IMG/VR virus record: IMGVR_UViG_3300045918_000320
Span: 17,293 to 81,292 of that record
Length of the DNA: 64,000 nucleotides
Source: a virus
Strand: one strand, 5' to 3'
The first letter of the stretch is position 1, and every line of letters starts with the position of its first letter. Positions 9,501-17,780 of the stretch are shown here, piece by piece. The position numbers and the translations under genes were made by a program. The notes beneath the pieces were generated by a model. It saw nothing but the letters and a program-made list of their open reading frames with translations, was not told the DNA's origin and did no database searches.

Positions 9501-11509
9501 GAGCCTGTTACTTTTGTCAATCCAGCATTTGAGCCGTTTTGAATACCAAATGTCATATATGTAACAGATGGCTCAATTAAAGTTTCCCAAACTGACCCAG
9601 AAGCAGTTAATGATGTCATGTGACCAATCATAGATATACTAGGAATTATAGAACTACTTGCACTTGTAGCTGAATTTGGTAAAGATATTCTAGCCTCTAC
9701 AGCAGTAGTAGTCCCAGAAACAAACTTACCTCTAATCTCGTAATTTTCCCCAACTTGTCTCCATTCAAATTCTACAGCAGATGGTGTACCAAATCCTGTA
9801 AATGTTGGAGTATAGCTAGTCCAAGAAGTACTGTTAAAAGTATTCGTTGTAATACTTGTACTAGTTAAAGCTGTGGCTGTTAATTGTACTACAATGTCAT
9901 CTAAATATGATTCTGTATTGGCTTCAACTACTGAAGAAATTGTATAAGACAAACTTAAGCAATTGGCTGGTACATCAAAACTAAATGATTTTCTATTTAC
10001 TAAATCTGAAATTCTAATACCTGTAGATACACCTGTAGCAGCTTGAGATAGAGTAGCTGTTAAAGTAGAAGTATTTAAAGCTGTAATTGTTGTACCAACT
10101 GGAATAGCACTACCTGTAATTACCATACCTACTTTAAGTGTATTAAATGCACTTGTAGTCATTCCTGTAAGAGAGGTAGAAGCATTAGCAGTAGTAGCTG
10201 TTAAAGCTTGAGAGTTAGTAGCTATAGCTTGAGATGCTTTTAAAGTAGTAGAATTAGTTTCATCTGTAATTAATATATTTAAATTACCTGAAGTAGCAGT
10301 TGATACTACATCTAAATTTAATGTTAAGTTTTTACCTCTAAACTTTTTATCTACTGCAATTACTTTTTTGAATGATTTAATTGAAGTAGAGTGTTGTAGT
10401 CTAAATGATTTTGTACCATGAAGTACTATTGGAGTATCTAATATTTCTAAGCCAGTTTGAGTATAATCTGTTAAAGAAGAGTTATCGGCTATATCTGAAT
10501 TTAGTATACTAACATCAGAAATACCTCCAGCTCCACCTACTGCTGATAATAAATTATTTTTAATTACAAAAGTTTCTTGAGTATCTGTAGCAAAAACCAT
10601 CTGACCGTCAGTAGCAGTTAATGCATAAGTAGTTAAATTAGACTTAGTATCTTTTTTTAAGTCTAGTCTAATTGGAGATTGTATACTAGCCCCTGTAATA
10701 GTTTTATTTGTAAGGGTAGCTGTAGCACTATTTTTTGTAGCATCTGAGGTGTTATCTACGTTTCCTAATCCTACCATAGTTTTATCGATACCAGATACAG
10801 TACCAGTAAAAGTTGGAGAGGATATATTAGCTTTTAAATTTAAAGCAGTTTGAGTAGCTGTAGATACCGGTTTATTTACATCAGAAGTATTGTCAACATT
10901 ACTTAAGCCGACATCAGATTTTGTAATTCCTGTAGGTGTGTTAATTACAGGAGAAGTTAAAGTTTTATTTGTAAGAGTTTGTGTATCTGTAGTTCCTACT
11001 ACATCACCTATTACTCCATGCACTCCAGAATTAGCATTTATGTGAGCATAAGCATCAGTTATAGTACTTGATAAATCAGCAGCAATTACTTCTATAGCAG
11101 CTTGAACATTTGTAGCTCCTAATACAGTAACAGTATCATCGTAAATTATTTCAGAGGCTTCATCTTTAGATTGAATTCTTGTATCAACATAACTTTTTAC
11201 TGCTTTAGCAGACGGAAGTGTGTCGTCAGAAGCGGATACAGAAGTAAGGTCAGTATCTAATACTCCTGATGCTAGCATTGGAACAGTAATATTACTTACA
11301 GTATTATTTGCTGCATCTATATTTTTATTAGTTAAAGTTTGAGCTTGATCTGCTGTAATTATTTCTCTTACTGCACCATTTAAATATGCTTTTAAAAGAT
11401 GAGAAGTAGAGTTTACAAATAATGCACCTTCTATATTATCTGAAATATCTGTAGTATTTCCTCTTAATTCTATACCTTTTACAAAATAACGTAAATTGCT
11501 TGTTGACAT
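6560..11509 (-). CDS. large tail fibre/receptor-binding protein (1649 aa)
   Basis: Ser/Thr-rich; VGLGNVDNTSD and QTLTNKT repeats; tandem internal domains (RTANGYGSTNTKIRRFSN twice). Confidence 0.8.
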   Translation of the reverse strand: MSTSNLRYFVKGIELRGNTTDISDNIEGALFVNSTSHLLKAYLNGAVREIITADQAQTLTNKNIDAANNTVSNITVPMLASGVLDTDLTSVSASDDTLPSAKAVKSYVDTRIQSKDEASEIIYDDTVTVLGATNVQAAIEVIAADLSSTITDAYAHINANSGVHGVIGDVVGTTDTQTLTNKTLTSPVINTPTGITKSDVGLSNVDNTSDVNKPVSTATQTALNLKANISSPTFTGTVSGIDKTMVGLGNVDNTSDATKNSATATLTNKTITGASIQSPIRLDLKKDTKSNLTTYALTATDGQMVFATDTQETFVIKNNLLSAVGGAGGISDVSILNSDIADNSSLTDYTQTGLEILDTPIVLHGTKSFRLQHSTSIKSFKKVIAVDKKFRGKNLTLNLDVVSTATSGNLNILITDETNSTTLKASQAIATNSQALTATTANASTSLTGMTTSAFNTLKVGMVITGSAIPVGTTITALNTSTLTATLSQAATGVSTGIRISDLVNRKSFSFDVPANCLSLSYTISSVVEANTESYLDDIVVQLTATALTSTSITTNTFNSTSWTSYTPTFTGFGTPSAVEFEWRQVGENYEIRGKFVSGTTTAVEARISLPNSATSASSSIIPSISMIGHMTSLTASGSVWETLIEPSVTYMTFGIQNGSNAGLTKVTGSVFATSGMTFSFFASVPIAGLTASTSTTTTIPLTTAQLVQTPDSIIAVRTANGYGSTNTKIRRFSNIHQNLGSSIQYIDDAALGASFVIKEEGMYSMMFVEAVNTAPYVGITLNTTQPTTNVDSLTNASELIAIGVGSAANLFSTAQTTRYLYVNDVIRCHTNGSPAGTNGTLEAKFSISKQGSLKQLNVSSDSKITIPTHQLRFEGASARGSTDTYTVKFDTQTITQGDAWSVVNSAANGTVVTVNKAGSLSVNASVNSADGTFFITKNMQVLTTDPLASEAMSVSSNVASRVKTLSWSGYVNIGDKIRISGNTTIVSVGTNQFNLSLTETSIAANFSNVLPQWSQSDSCVQLRTANGYGSTNTKIRRFSNTVQNIGGDITYTDDAALGGYFTVNTSGTYGISYSDLFSTVSEFGITKNTTQPTVNIFLLANPSEVLSNSHSENSSYSNTVSWQGYLQAGDVIRAHSNGTSTGSDGTFEAKFTISKVGKPNLTSVDVTPFVNMKTTDTEAIEALTATSTFGSTNTGVPVLNITKNTNVGVIQVISDSVNGTSFKALKDCAFTLSANATASGTTTYYVTKNSTTLTTGVPNGIMAVEDTSNIYFIGASTTIRLTANDVIRLQRSSTNLTGFTQVNILATADNGATASPTQQVSSDTMSFVFKSTAITTSDAIGTFNTYTYAANSVSAVIANTAPTQTTSSMNTNGIQIFSRPYNTASTSALPARADIFIGIGLKSYQVNAYAALAKSTTISTDWSIFSTNTEIGTRVMYNEVTGVLTIDAGSPFLTSTVRYIGQDAAASSYTSGYFVINASKSPSLVSLPNLMPKIAHISTQYTSGTNGGNTLSSFSARPINTLIDPFGIVQNSSAFTGTNGTNTQVQLAAGTYSISGGVSFYTGSAGASSLSSRLRNITTGTTSAVGLKLGRVSAIADANTSTIDGIFTITQTCIFELQDIGAQTNGRGAAFTDGENEIYTSFLIEKIK

Positions 11510-11527
11510 TTTATTTTCTCCGAATAA

Positions 11528-11995
11528 TTAAGAATTAAGTATACCAATGCCTCTAAATTTAATTAATCCAGAATATAGTCCGGAAGTTAAATTAGAAGAT
11601 TTATATTGTACTTGCCCTTGTAATGTTATATCAAATGTTACTCCAGAATTACCTATACCGTCTTGTTGCAGTATCCATCCTGTACTTGTACGCAATCCTA
11701 CTAATACAAATTCTTCTGCTAATTCAATAGCACCTGAAGTACGATAAATATTTCCACGTACTGCAAAAGATCTAACTATAGTTGGATTAAATTTAAAATC
11801 AGGAATATCTGTAAGTGTTGTAACATTGTTTGCAATAATAGCTGCAGTTTCGAGAATGTCTGAAGTACCTTTTAGGGAATTAAGTACTTTAGTAACTTCG
11901 GCAGCCCATCCAGTAGCATTCTCTCCCCAAGGCGGATTTTCACCATTCTCTGGATAGTCGAATGGAATATTATTTACTGTTAGTGTTATAGCCAA
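11528..11995 (-). CDS. virion protein similar to C-terminal domain of 3441..4784
   Basis: shared NNVT..VRSF..SGVxFxIT..GQVQY pattern. Confidence 0.6.
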   Translation of the reverse strand: MAITLTVNNIPFDYPENGENPPWGENATGWAAEVTKVLNSLKGTSDILETAAIIANNVTTLTDIPDFKFNPTIVRSFAVRGNIYRTSGAIELAEEFVLVGLRTSTGWILQQDGIGNSGVTFDITLQGQVQYKSSNLTSGLYSGLIKFRGIGILNS

Positions 11996-12020
11996 AATAC
12001 ACCTCTCAAAAGGAAATTCT

Positions 12021-12038
12021 CTATAAGTAGTTGTTAAA
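12021..12038 (-). promoter_or_regulatory. late-promoter motif
   Basis: TTTAACAACTACTTATAG upstream of the start at 11995. Confidence 0.75.
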
Positions 12039-12074
12039 ACTCCGAATTAGAGATGTATTTTAGATGAAAATAGA

Positions 12075-12800
12075 TTATTCTGGTAACTTATTGGATTTTT
12101 TAATGTTATCTACTGCCCACATAGGTTTTAAATTACTGTAATGACAAAGCTTATATATTTCTTCTACTGTTTTTGCTGAATCTAGCGGTACATGGTGATC
12201 GATATGAATATTTCCAGCATATACTTCCTCCCAAGACATATTTCCAGTAAATTGATTCTCTATATGTTGTCTAAATTCTCCTTCTGAACACCCTATATAC
12301 TCTACAAATTTACGTTTTGCAGTCCATCCTTTTTTTCTTAATGCGTCATGAGTTCTACATCTACATCTTCTTTTTAAAACAAAAATAGAATCTGATTTAT
12401 ATCTTTCTTTTTGTCTTCTATTTGCATTTTTAAATATTTTTTCCTTATTATTTTTATAATAAGTAATTACTTTTTCTTTAATAATTTCTTTATTTTTAAT
12501 ATACCTTATTTTTGATTTTATTACTCTGCAAGATTTACATTCTGCAAAAAGTCCATTACTATTATTTTTATCTTTGTGAAAATTATCAAAAGGTAGCCAA
12601 TTAGTACATAGACAACATCTTTTAGTATTGTTTTCTAAATTTACTACTACCTCTCTGGGTTTGCATCCACTTAATCTACGTTTTTCTGATTTTCTGCAGT
12701 CATTACATTGATGATGCGGAATTCTTTTTCCAGATTGAGTTTTTACTGAAAGATATTCTATTAATGATTTTTCTATTTTACAAAGATTACAAATTTTCAT
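12075..12800 (-). CDS. HNH/EndoVII-like homing endonuclease
   Basis: N-terminal CxxC pairs; HIDHHVPL..HYSNLKPMWAVDNIKKSN. Confidence 0.8.
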   Translation of the reverse strand: MKICNLCKIEKSLIEYLSVKTQSGKRIPHHQCNDCRKSEKRRLSGCKPREVVVNLENNTKRCCLCTNWLPFDNFHKDKNNSNGLFAECKSCRVIKSKIRYIKNKEIIKEKVITYYKNNKEKIFKNANRRQKERYKSDSIFVLKRRCRCRTHDALRKKGWTAKRKFVEYIGCSEGEFRQHIENQFTGNMSWEEVYAGNIHIDHHVPLDSAKTVEEIYKLCHYSNLKPMWAVDNIKKSNKLPE

Positions 12801-12818
12801 ATTACTCCTAACAGTATT

Positions 12819-12836
12819 CTACTAGTAGTTGTTAAA
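12819..12836 (-). promoter_or_regulatory. late-promoter motif
   Basis: TTTAACAACTACTAGTAG upstream of the HNH gene. Confidence 0.7.
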
Positions 12837-12876
12837 TAAGTCAAGCTTTTGTAGTTATTTTGGTATAAATAAAATG

Positions 12877-12903
12877 AAAAAAAAAGGGAGCCTGACGGCT
12901 CCC
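12877..12903 (-). terminator. intrinsic terminator after major capsid gene
   Basis: GGGAGCC-GTCA-GGCTCCC plus T9. Confidence 0.85.
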
Positions 12904-12932
12904 AAAACTTAAAGAACTTAAGTTAGCAAAGT

Positions 12933-14165
12933 TTATGGATGTGTAATTCCGCTAAGTAATAGTGTTCTACCTATTGCTTTAGAGAACAAAGCTTGATTAG
13001 AATAACATCTTAACTCATATCCAGCATTGTTTGGAGCGATAGTTAAGAAATTATCTGGTAATCCCGGAAGAGAGAAAGTTACATCAGTAGCACCGATTCT
13101 TAAGAAATCTTCAGTAGCTATAACGTAAGCATATCCTTCTTTACAGTAAATAGAAGAATGAATTTCGATTTTTCCAGCTTGGTGGAAGAATTCGATAGCC
13201 ATAGTTCCATTTTCTAATTTCTTAGTTGAATAAGAAGAATCGAAACGTCTTAAAGCAGCTTGATCTTTCATTAAAGAAGCCCAAGTTTTTGGGTTAACGA
13301 TACAGATAGTATCTGACTCTAAACCTTTTTCTACTGGACGAGACATTTTTTTAATAAGTACTTCAAAAGTAAGTTCTCCACCTACGTTTTCTACGTTACC
13401 TTTCCACAATTCGTATTGAGCAGCATTAATATCGAAAAGTGTGCTTGTATTAGATAAGATTTTATGTAATCCAGCAGCTTCTTTTCCGTTAGCTCCGGCA
13501 GGAAGAATAACGTCAAGATCTTGAACAGCAGCAGAAGAAGTTGTAAAAACTACTCTTTTGTTATCAAAATCAATAGAAGAAATTACGAATACACCACGAG
13601 ATGTAGCAAAAGTTGGATCGAAAATTTCAACTTTCATATCTTTAGCTCCAGAGAAAACTCCCGGTGCCCATTCAGCAGCTACGATATCGATTTGTGAACT
13701 AGTTACTGAACCAGCTTTTACAACACCAATATTAGTTTGACCGTACATTAAAGAAACTTCAAGTTTCTTTGACATAGATTCCGCCATTGCTTGAACGATA
13801 TATTTAGTAGCGTTTTCGAAAGCTCTTTGTCCTTTTGCTGGAGCTGATGCCAATAGATCGTAAGCGATTACTGATCTAAGTAACATTTGAGCACCTTTTA
13901 CTCTTGCATGTTTAGTTACAGAAGAGATAGCGTCATTAAGAGCGAAAGCTCCATCATCAGCGTCTGCATAAGTAACACCGTGCTCTAATTGAAGAGCTAA
14001 TGGTTGGTTGTAATAGTTACCCGGCATTTTTTCTCTTGCACCGAATTTAATTAAACCTTGAAGTTTAGATTGAATAGGTATCATGTTTGATACATTGTCT
14101 GCGTACGTTTCTTTTACTAGACCGTTAAGCGTATCTAGGTTTGCTGCACCTGCTGGTAAAGCCAT
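12933..14165 (-). CDS. major capsid protein
   Basis: 410 aa; order portal-scaffold-this gene; strong AGGAG SD; followed by terminator. Confidence 0.8.
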   Translation of the reverse strand: MALPAGAANLDTLNGLVKETYADNVSNMIPIQSKLQGLIKFGAREKMPGNYYNQPLALQLEHGVTYADADDGAFALNDAISSVTKHARVKGAQMLLRSVIAYDLLASAPAKGQRAFENATKYIVQAMAESMSKKLEVSLMYGQTNIGVVKAGSVTSSQIDIVAAEWAPGVFSGAKDMKVEIFDPTFATSRGVFVISSIDFDNKRVVFTTSSAAVQDLDVILPAGANGKEAAGLHKILSNTSTLFDINAAQYELWKGNVENVGGELTFEVLIKKMSRPVEKGLESDTICIVNPKTWASLMKDQAALRRFDSSYSTKKLENGTMAIEFFHQAGKIEIHSSIYCKEGYAYVIATEDFLRIGATDVTFSLPGLPDNFLTIAPNNAGYELRCYSNQALFSKAIGRTLLLSGITHP

Positions 14166-14304
14166 GTGAAATTCTCCTGTTAAATTGTTGTTGACAAAAA
14201 ATTAATTTTGCTATAAACTATTTCAACATTCAGTTGGTTTCAGGGCTAATGCTTGCTGAAACGCCTAGTTCTACTCGGTTTAGTAGCAGCAGAGTTATTC
14301 TGCT

Positions 14305-14322
14305 CTATAAATAGTTGTTAAA
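14305..14322 (-). promoter_or_regulatory. late-promoter motif
   Basis: TTTAACAACTATTTATAG about 140 nt upstream of the capsid start. Confidence 0.7.
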
Positions 14323-14368
14323 ATTATTCAATTTTAGTGTTAAAATCCTGTAATTACTCAAATAAAAT

Positions 14369-14391
14369 AAAAAAAGGGAGCCTAAGCTCCC
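14369..14391 (-). terminator. intrinsic terminator after scaffold gene
   Basis: GGGAGC-TTAG-GCTCCC plus T7. Confidence 0.8.
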
Positions 14392-14420
14392 AATATTATT
14401 ACATATTGTAATTTGTGATA

Positions 14421-15362
14421 CTAGAAATGATCATCCCCTAAAGATTTCCAGAAGTCTCTTGGGCTAGGTTTTTTTGTATCAGTCTTTGGCTCCGGTCTTC
14501 TTCCTGTATCCTGTACTTTTACTGCCTGAGAGTTTTTAGATCTTACAGATTGTATACGTTTATTACGAATTGATTTAACTCTATCAGGAGTTACTAATTC
14601 TTCTAATACTTCATCTGGTAATTTACCCATCATATCACGCATATCTTTTAAATAAGCTTGTTTTACTAGAGGTACAATGTCTTTAGCATCTACATCTATT
14701 CCATTATCAAAAGCTACTGCTAACATTTGAGCCATTTTATTTACAATATAAGGAGAATTAGGTAAATCTCCAGTATCTATTGCTGAAATAATTTCATTTT
14801 GAATATGTTGAGAAGCTTCTTGCTCTAATCTTTCCATTTCAGCTTTTTCTTTAGCTTTAGATAATGAAGTTCTTTCATCTTCTAATTCTTGTAATCTTTT
14901 TCTAGCTTTTTCTAATTCAATTTGCTCAGGAGATTTCATTTCTTCTTCAATTTTTTGTTGAAGAATTAATTCTGCTATTTGTTCTAAATTAATTCCTAAT
15001 TCTGGATGTTTTAAAATTTCTAAAGGATTAGATTTTAAACGCTCAATAAAAGCATTCATTTCAGCATTAGTTTGCTCTAATTGTTTTTTAGCCGCAGCAG
15101 ATGATTGAAATGCTTCTTGGGCAGCAGCTTCCATTTGTAAAGCTTTACGAATACGAGATTCGTCGTTTAAATCAATTTTAGATTTAACTTCTTTTCCATT
15201 TACTTTTAACAAATATTCTCTTTCTAGCTTTTCAATTACTTTTTGCTCTACTGGAGAACTTTCACTACTTTCTGATTCCATTGATTCCAATTCTACTGGA
15301 TCAATAGTATCTGCACTTGATTGTTGAGATGTTGCGGCTGAGTCGCCTGAGTTTTCTGACAT
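14421..15362 (-). CDS. capsid scaffolding protein
   Basis: acidic N-terminus, LKVNGKE motif, coiled coil, C-terminal DFW helix; immediately before the capsid gene. Confidence 0.7.
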   Translation of the reverse strand: MSENSGDSAATSQQSSADTIDPVELESMESESSESSPVEQKVIEKLEREYLLKVNGKEVKSKIDLNDESRIRKALQMEAAAQEAFQSSAAAKKQLEQTNAEMNAFIERLKSNPLEILKHPELGINLEQIAELILQQKIEEEMKSPEQIELEKARKRLQELEDERTSLSKAKEKAEMERLEQEASQHIQNEIISAIDTGDLPNSPYIVNKMAQMLAVAFDNGIDVDAKDIVPLVKQAYLKDMRDMMGKLPDEVLEELVTPDRVKSIRNKRIQSVRSKNSQAVKVQDTGRRPEPKTDTKKPSPRDFWKSLGDDHF

Positions 15363-15430
15363 AAATTTTCCTTGTTTAGCCCTAATTTCCTATAGGGGTA
15401 TAAATATTGGTAGAGGGCGTAATGCTTGCT

Positions 15431-15448
15431 CCAAATATAGTTGTTAAA
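15431..15448 (-). promoter_or_regulatory. late-promoter motif
   Basis: TTTAACAACTATATTTGG. Confidence 0.7.
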
Positions 15449-15468
15449 TTAATAAGTTATAGGAAAGT

Positions 15469-15497
15469 TTGACATAAATTAGGTATTATGCTAACCT
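15469..15497 (+). promoter_or_regulatory. sigma70-type promoter
   Basis: TTGACA-17-TAACCT with TG extension. Confidence 0.55.
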
Positions 15498-15513
15498 AAA
15501 CAAAGAGGTACTA

Positions 15514-15939
15514 ATGATTTATTTTCAGCCAAAAATTATAAAAGAAGAAACTTTAAACATTATTCGTAAAATAGAATCTAATAATGGCAAGGATACAAAA
15601 CATAAGTCTGACGCTTTCGGAGACTATGGCATTAGAATAAACACTGCTAAAGAATTAGGTTATATTATTACAAAAAAGAATGAAAGAAAAGTAGCTAGTG
15701 CTTTTTACGATGAGATTACAAAAAAGTTAAATACAAATAATCCAGAAGTGGTAGTTTACGCTTGGTTGAAAGGAATTTATGGAGCTAAAAAGCAAATAAA
15801 TAAACCTTTATATTATAGACCTATTTCTAGTCATTGGCATGTTAAGAAATATAGAAAGTATGTTAGTTATTACGATAATTTTATTACTGATATAAATAAA
15901 ATATTAACTAATTCCCAATTTACGTCTAAGAGCATTTAA
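15514..15939 (+). CDS. lysozyme/lytic transglycosylase-like protein
   Basis: IRKIESNNG (catalytic ES), AFGDYGI and YAWLKG resemble SLT motifs I-III; GAGG SD. Confidence 0.55.
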   Translation: MIYFQPKIIKEETLNIIRKIESNNGKDTKHKSDAFGDYGIRINTAKELGYIITKKNERKVASAFYDEITKKLNTNNPEVVVYAWLKGIYGAKKQINKPLYYRPISSHWHVKKYRKYVSYYDNFITDINKILTNSQFTSKSI

Positions 15940-16152
15940 ATATTTTAATTTATTTGGATGTCTAAATCCTTCTTCTTGAATTGCTTTATCTGCTTGGATA
16001 GCATCTACTTGTTTTGATGGAGCTTCATCTAAATGATCTCCCGCCATTAAATGCCGTACAATTTTTTCTGTACCTTGTTGCTGAATAGGCTTACTCGGAT
16101 CATATTTTTTAGATAATTCTGGAAATAAATCATACAGTCTTTTAACGTCCAT
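15904..16152 (-). CDS. small probable internal virion protein
   Basis: between portal and scaffold; ends LRRKLGIS. Confidence 0.45.
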   Translation of the reverse strand: MDVKRLYDLFPELSKKYDPSKPIQQQGTEKIVRHLMAGDHLDEAPSKQVDAIQADKAIQEEGFRHPNKLKYLNALRRKLGIS

Positions 16153-16912
16153 ATAATTTCTCTTTCAATTGCTGTGCTTTCATAAATTTTTCAGGATTAT
16201 CGTCGCCTTTACCTAAAGATTCCGGCTCGACCATTTGCTTAACTTCTCCTAATACTGGAGTCATATCAGCTATATCAGATACAGCTCCTACATTATCCCC
16301 TGCTTGAGCTTTATTATAAGCTCCTAAAGCACCTAAGCCCATTCCAGCCACTCCTAGTCCTTTCATTACTGGAGCTAAATATCCTGCAGCTAATTTACCA
16401 TTTTTAAGCAATTTTTGCCATGCTTCTTTTTCAAAAAATCCTACTTGGTGATGATCTCCAAATGCTTTCAGTGCATCCGGTAATCCTGAACCTTTTAGAG
16501 CTGAAGTTGTTTCTTCTAATGGTGCTATAGCTTTAAATCCTTTATTAGCTACTTCGTCTGCATGTCCAAATTCATGCATTTTATTTCCCATTTGTCTACT
16601 AGGAATTTCTAAATTTTCATGAGGTAAATATATTTTATTTTCTGAGAGATTATATTTACCAGCAATGTTATCTGGCAATTTTGTATATTCTACTGGAACT
16701 TGTTCTAATAATTTTTTATTTTCAAAGGCATTTAAAGGATTATCATAATTTTTTCTAACATGTTGTCCTAAACCTGTAGATAATTCATCTCTAATAGTCA
16801 TTGGACTTTTATTACGTAACAAATCTTCTACGGCATCATCGTCGCCTATTTGTAGGTATTTTGCTAAATCATCAAATAACGCTTGACGTTTTTTTGGAAT
16901 GCTTTCGCCCAT
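16142..16912 (-). CDS. probable internal/ejected protein with HExxH zinc motif
   Basis: HEFGH; Gly-rich hydrophobic C-terminal domain shared with 16912..17598. Confidence 0.5.
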   Translation of the reverse strand: MGESIPKKRQALFDDLAKYLQIGDDDAVEDLLRNKSPMTIRDELSTGLGQHVRKNYDNPLNAFENKKLLEQVPVEYTKLPDNIAGKYNLSENKIYLPHENLEIPSRQMGNKMHEFGHADEVANKGFKAIAPLEETTSALKGSGLPDALKAFGDHHQVGFFEKEAWQKLLKNGKLAAGYLAPVMKGLGVAGMGLGALGAYNKAQAGDNVGAVSDIADMTPVLGEVKQMVEPESLGKGDDNPEKFMKAQQLKEKLYGR

Positions 16913-17598
16913 TATTTAACTCCGAGCTTCTTTTTTAATGGATCTAAAACTGGATTATTAGATATTTCATTTTGCATATCTTCGTATCGTACTGGATTTT
17001 CTCTTTTTGTATCGTTTACTAAATATGGAGTCATGTCTGCTGGTTTTAAATTAGATACGTCATCACTACCTTTTCCTAAACCTTCGCTTCCTAGAGCCAT
17101 TTTAGCCTCTCCTACACCGGGTACAAAGTTACTCGCTGTATCTGCTGCATCTAGTCCAGCACCTTTTAAATCGCCAGCCATAGCCTTCTGACCAGCTCCC
17201 ATTATGCCCATCATTCCGCCACCAATAGCTAAAGTTTTTGCTAAAGGGCCTAGCATTGCTAACATTTTTCCAGCTTTTGGAATTCTACTAATTATACCGC
17301 CAGCTTCTGAAGCTTCTTCGGCTAAAGGACTAGCTTTTCTCAATTCACTTGGAATATTTACTTTACTTTTTACCATATCCGGTAAATCTTGTAAATTTTC
17401 ATAAGCTTTACCTTGATTTTTAAAATGAAATGTAGTTTTAGCATTTAGATCTTTATACTGTTCTTGACTTAAAGAACCAGCATCGTAAGCTTGTCTAACT
17501 TTATTTTTAATATCTTGCCAATCAGGAGTACTGGCAGAAGCATCTCCAATTTTTTTGTAATATTGTGATAAATATTTTGCTAAACTATCAAAATCCAT
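16912..17598 (-). CDS. probable internal/ejected protein, partial paralog of 16142..16912
   Basis: shared FDxLAKYL N-terminus and KAxAGD..PxxGExK..ExLGKG C-terminal domain. Confidence 0.5.
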   Translation of the reverse strand: MDFDSLAKYLSQYYKKIGDASASTPDWQDIKNKVRQAYDAGSLSQEQYKDLNAKTTFHFKNQGKAYENLQDLPDMVKSKVNIPSELRKASPLAEEASEAGGIISRIPKAGKMLAMLGPLAKTLAIGGGMMGIMGAGQKAMAGDLKGAGLDAADTASNFVPGVGEAKMALGSEGLGKGSDDVSNLKPADMTPYLVNDTKRENPVRYEDMQNEISNNPVLDPLKKKLGVK

Positions 17599-17780
17599 TA
17601 TAACCTCTTAGTATGATATAAATCACCAATATGATTTCTAAATCCTTTATCAAATTTCGCTTTTTCTTTTTTTATTTTAGGAATAGTTGAAACTTTTTGC
17701 TTAGGTACAGATTCCATTTCTGGTTCTTTAGCTTCTGGTTGTTTAATTCCTAATTTTTCTTTTAGTTTTTGGAATTTCAT
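17598..17780 (-). CDS. small basic protein
   Basis: 60 aa, translationally coupled to portal; begins FQKLKEKLGIK. Confidence 0.45.
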   Translation of the reverse strand: MKFQKLKEKLGIKQPEAKEPEMESVPKQKVSTIPKIKKEKAKFDKGFRNHIGDLYHTKRL

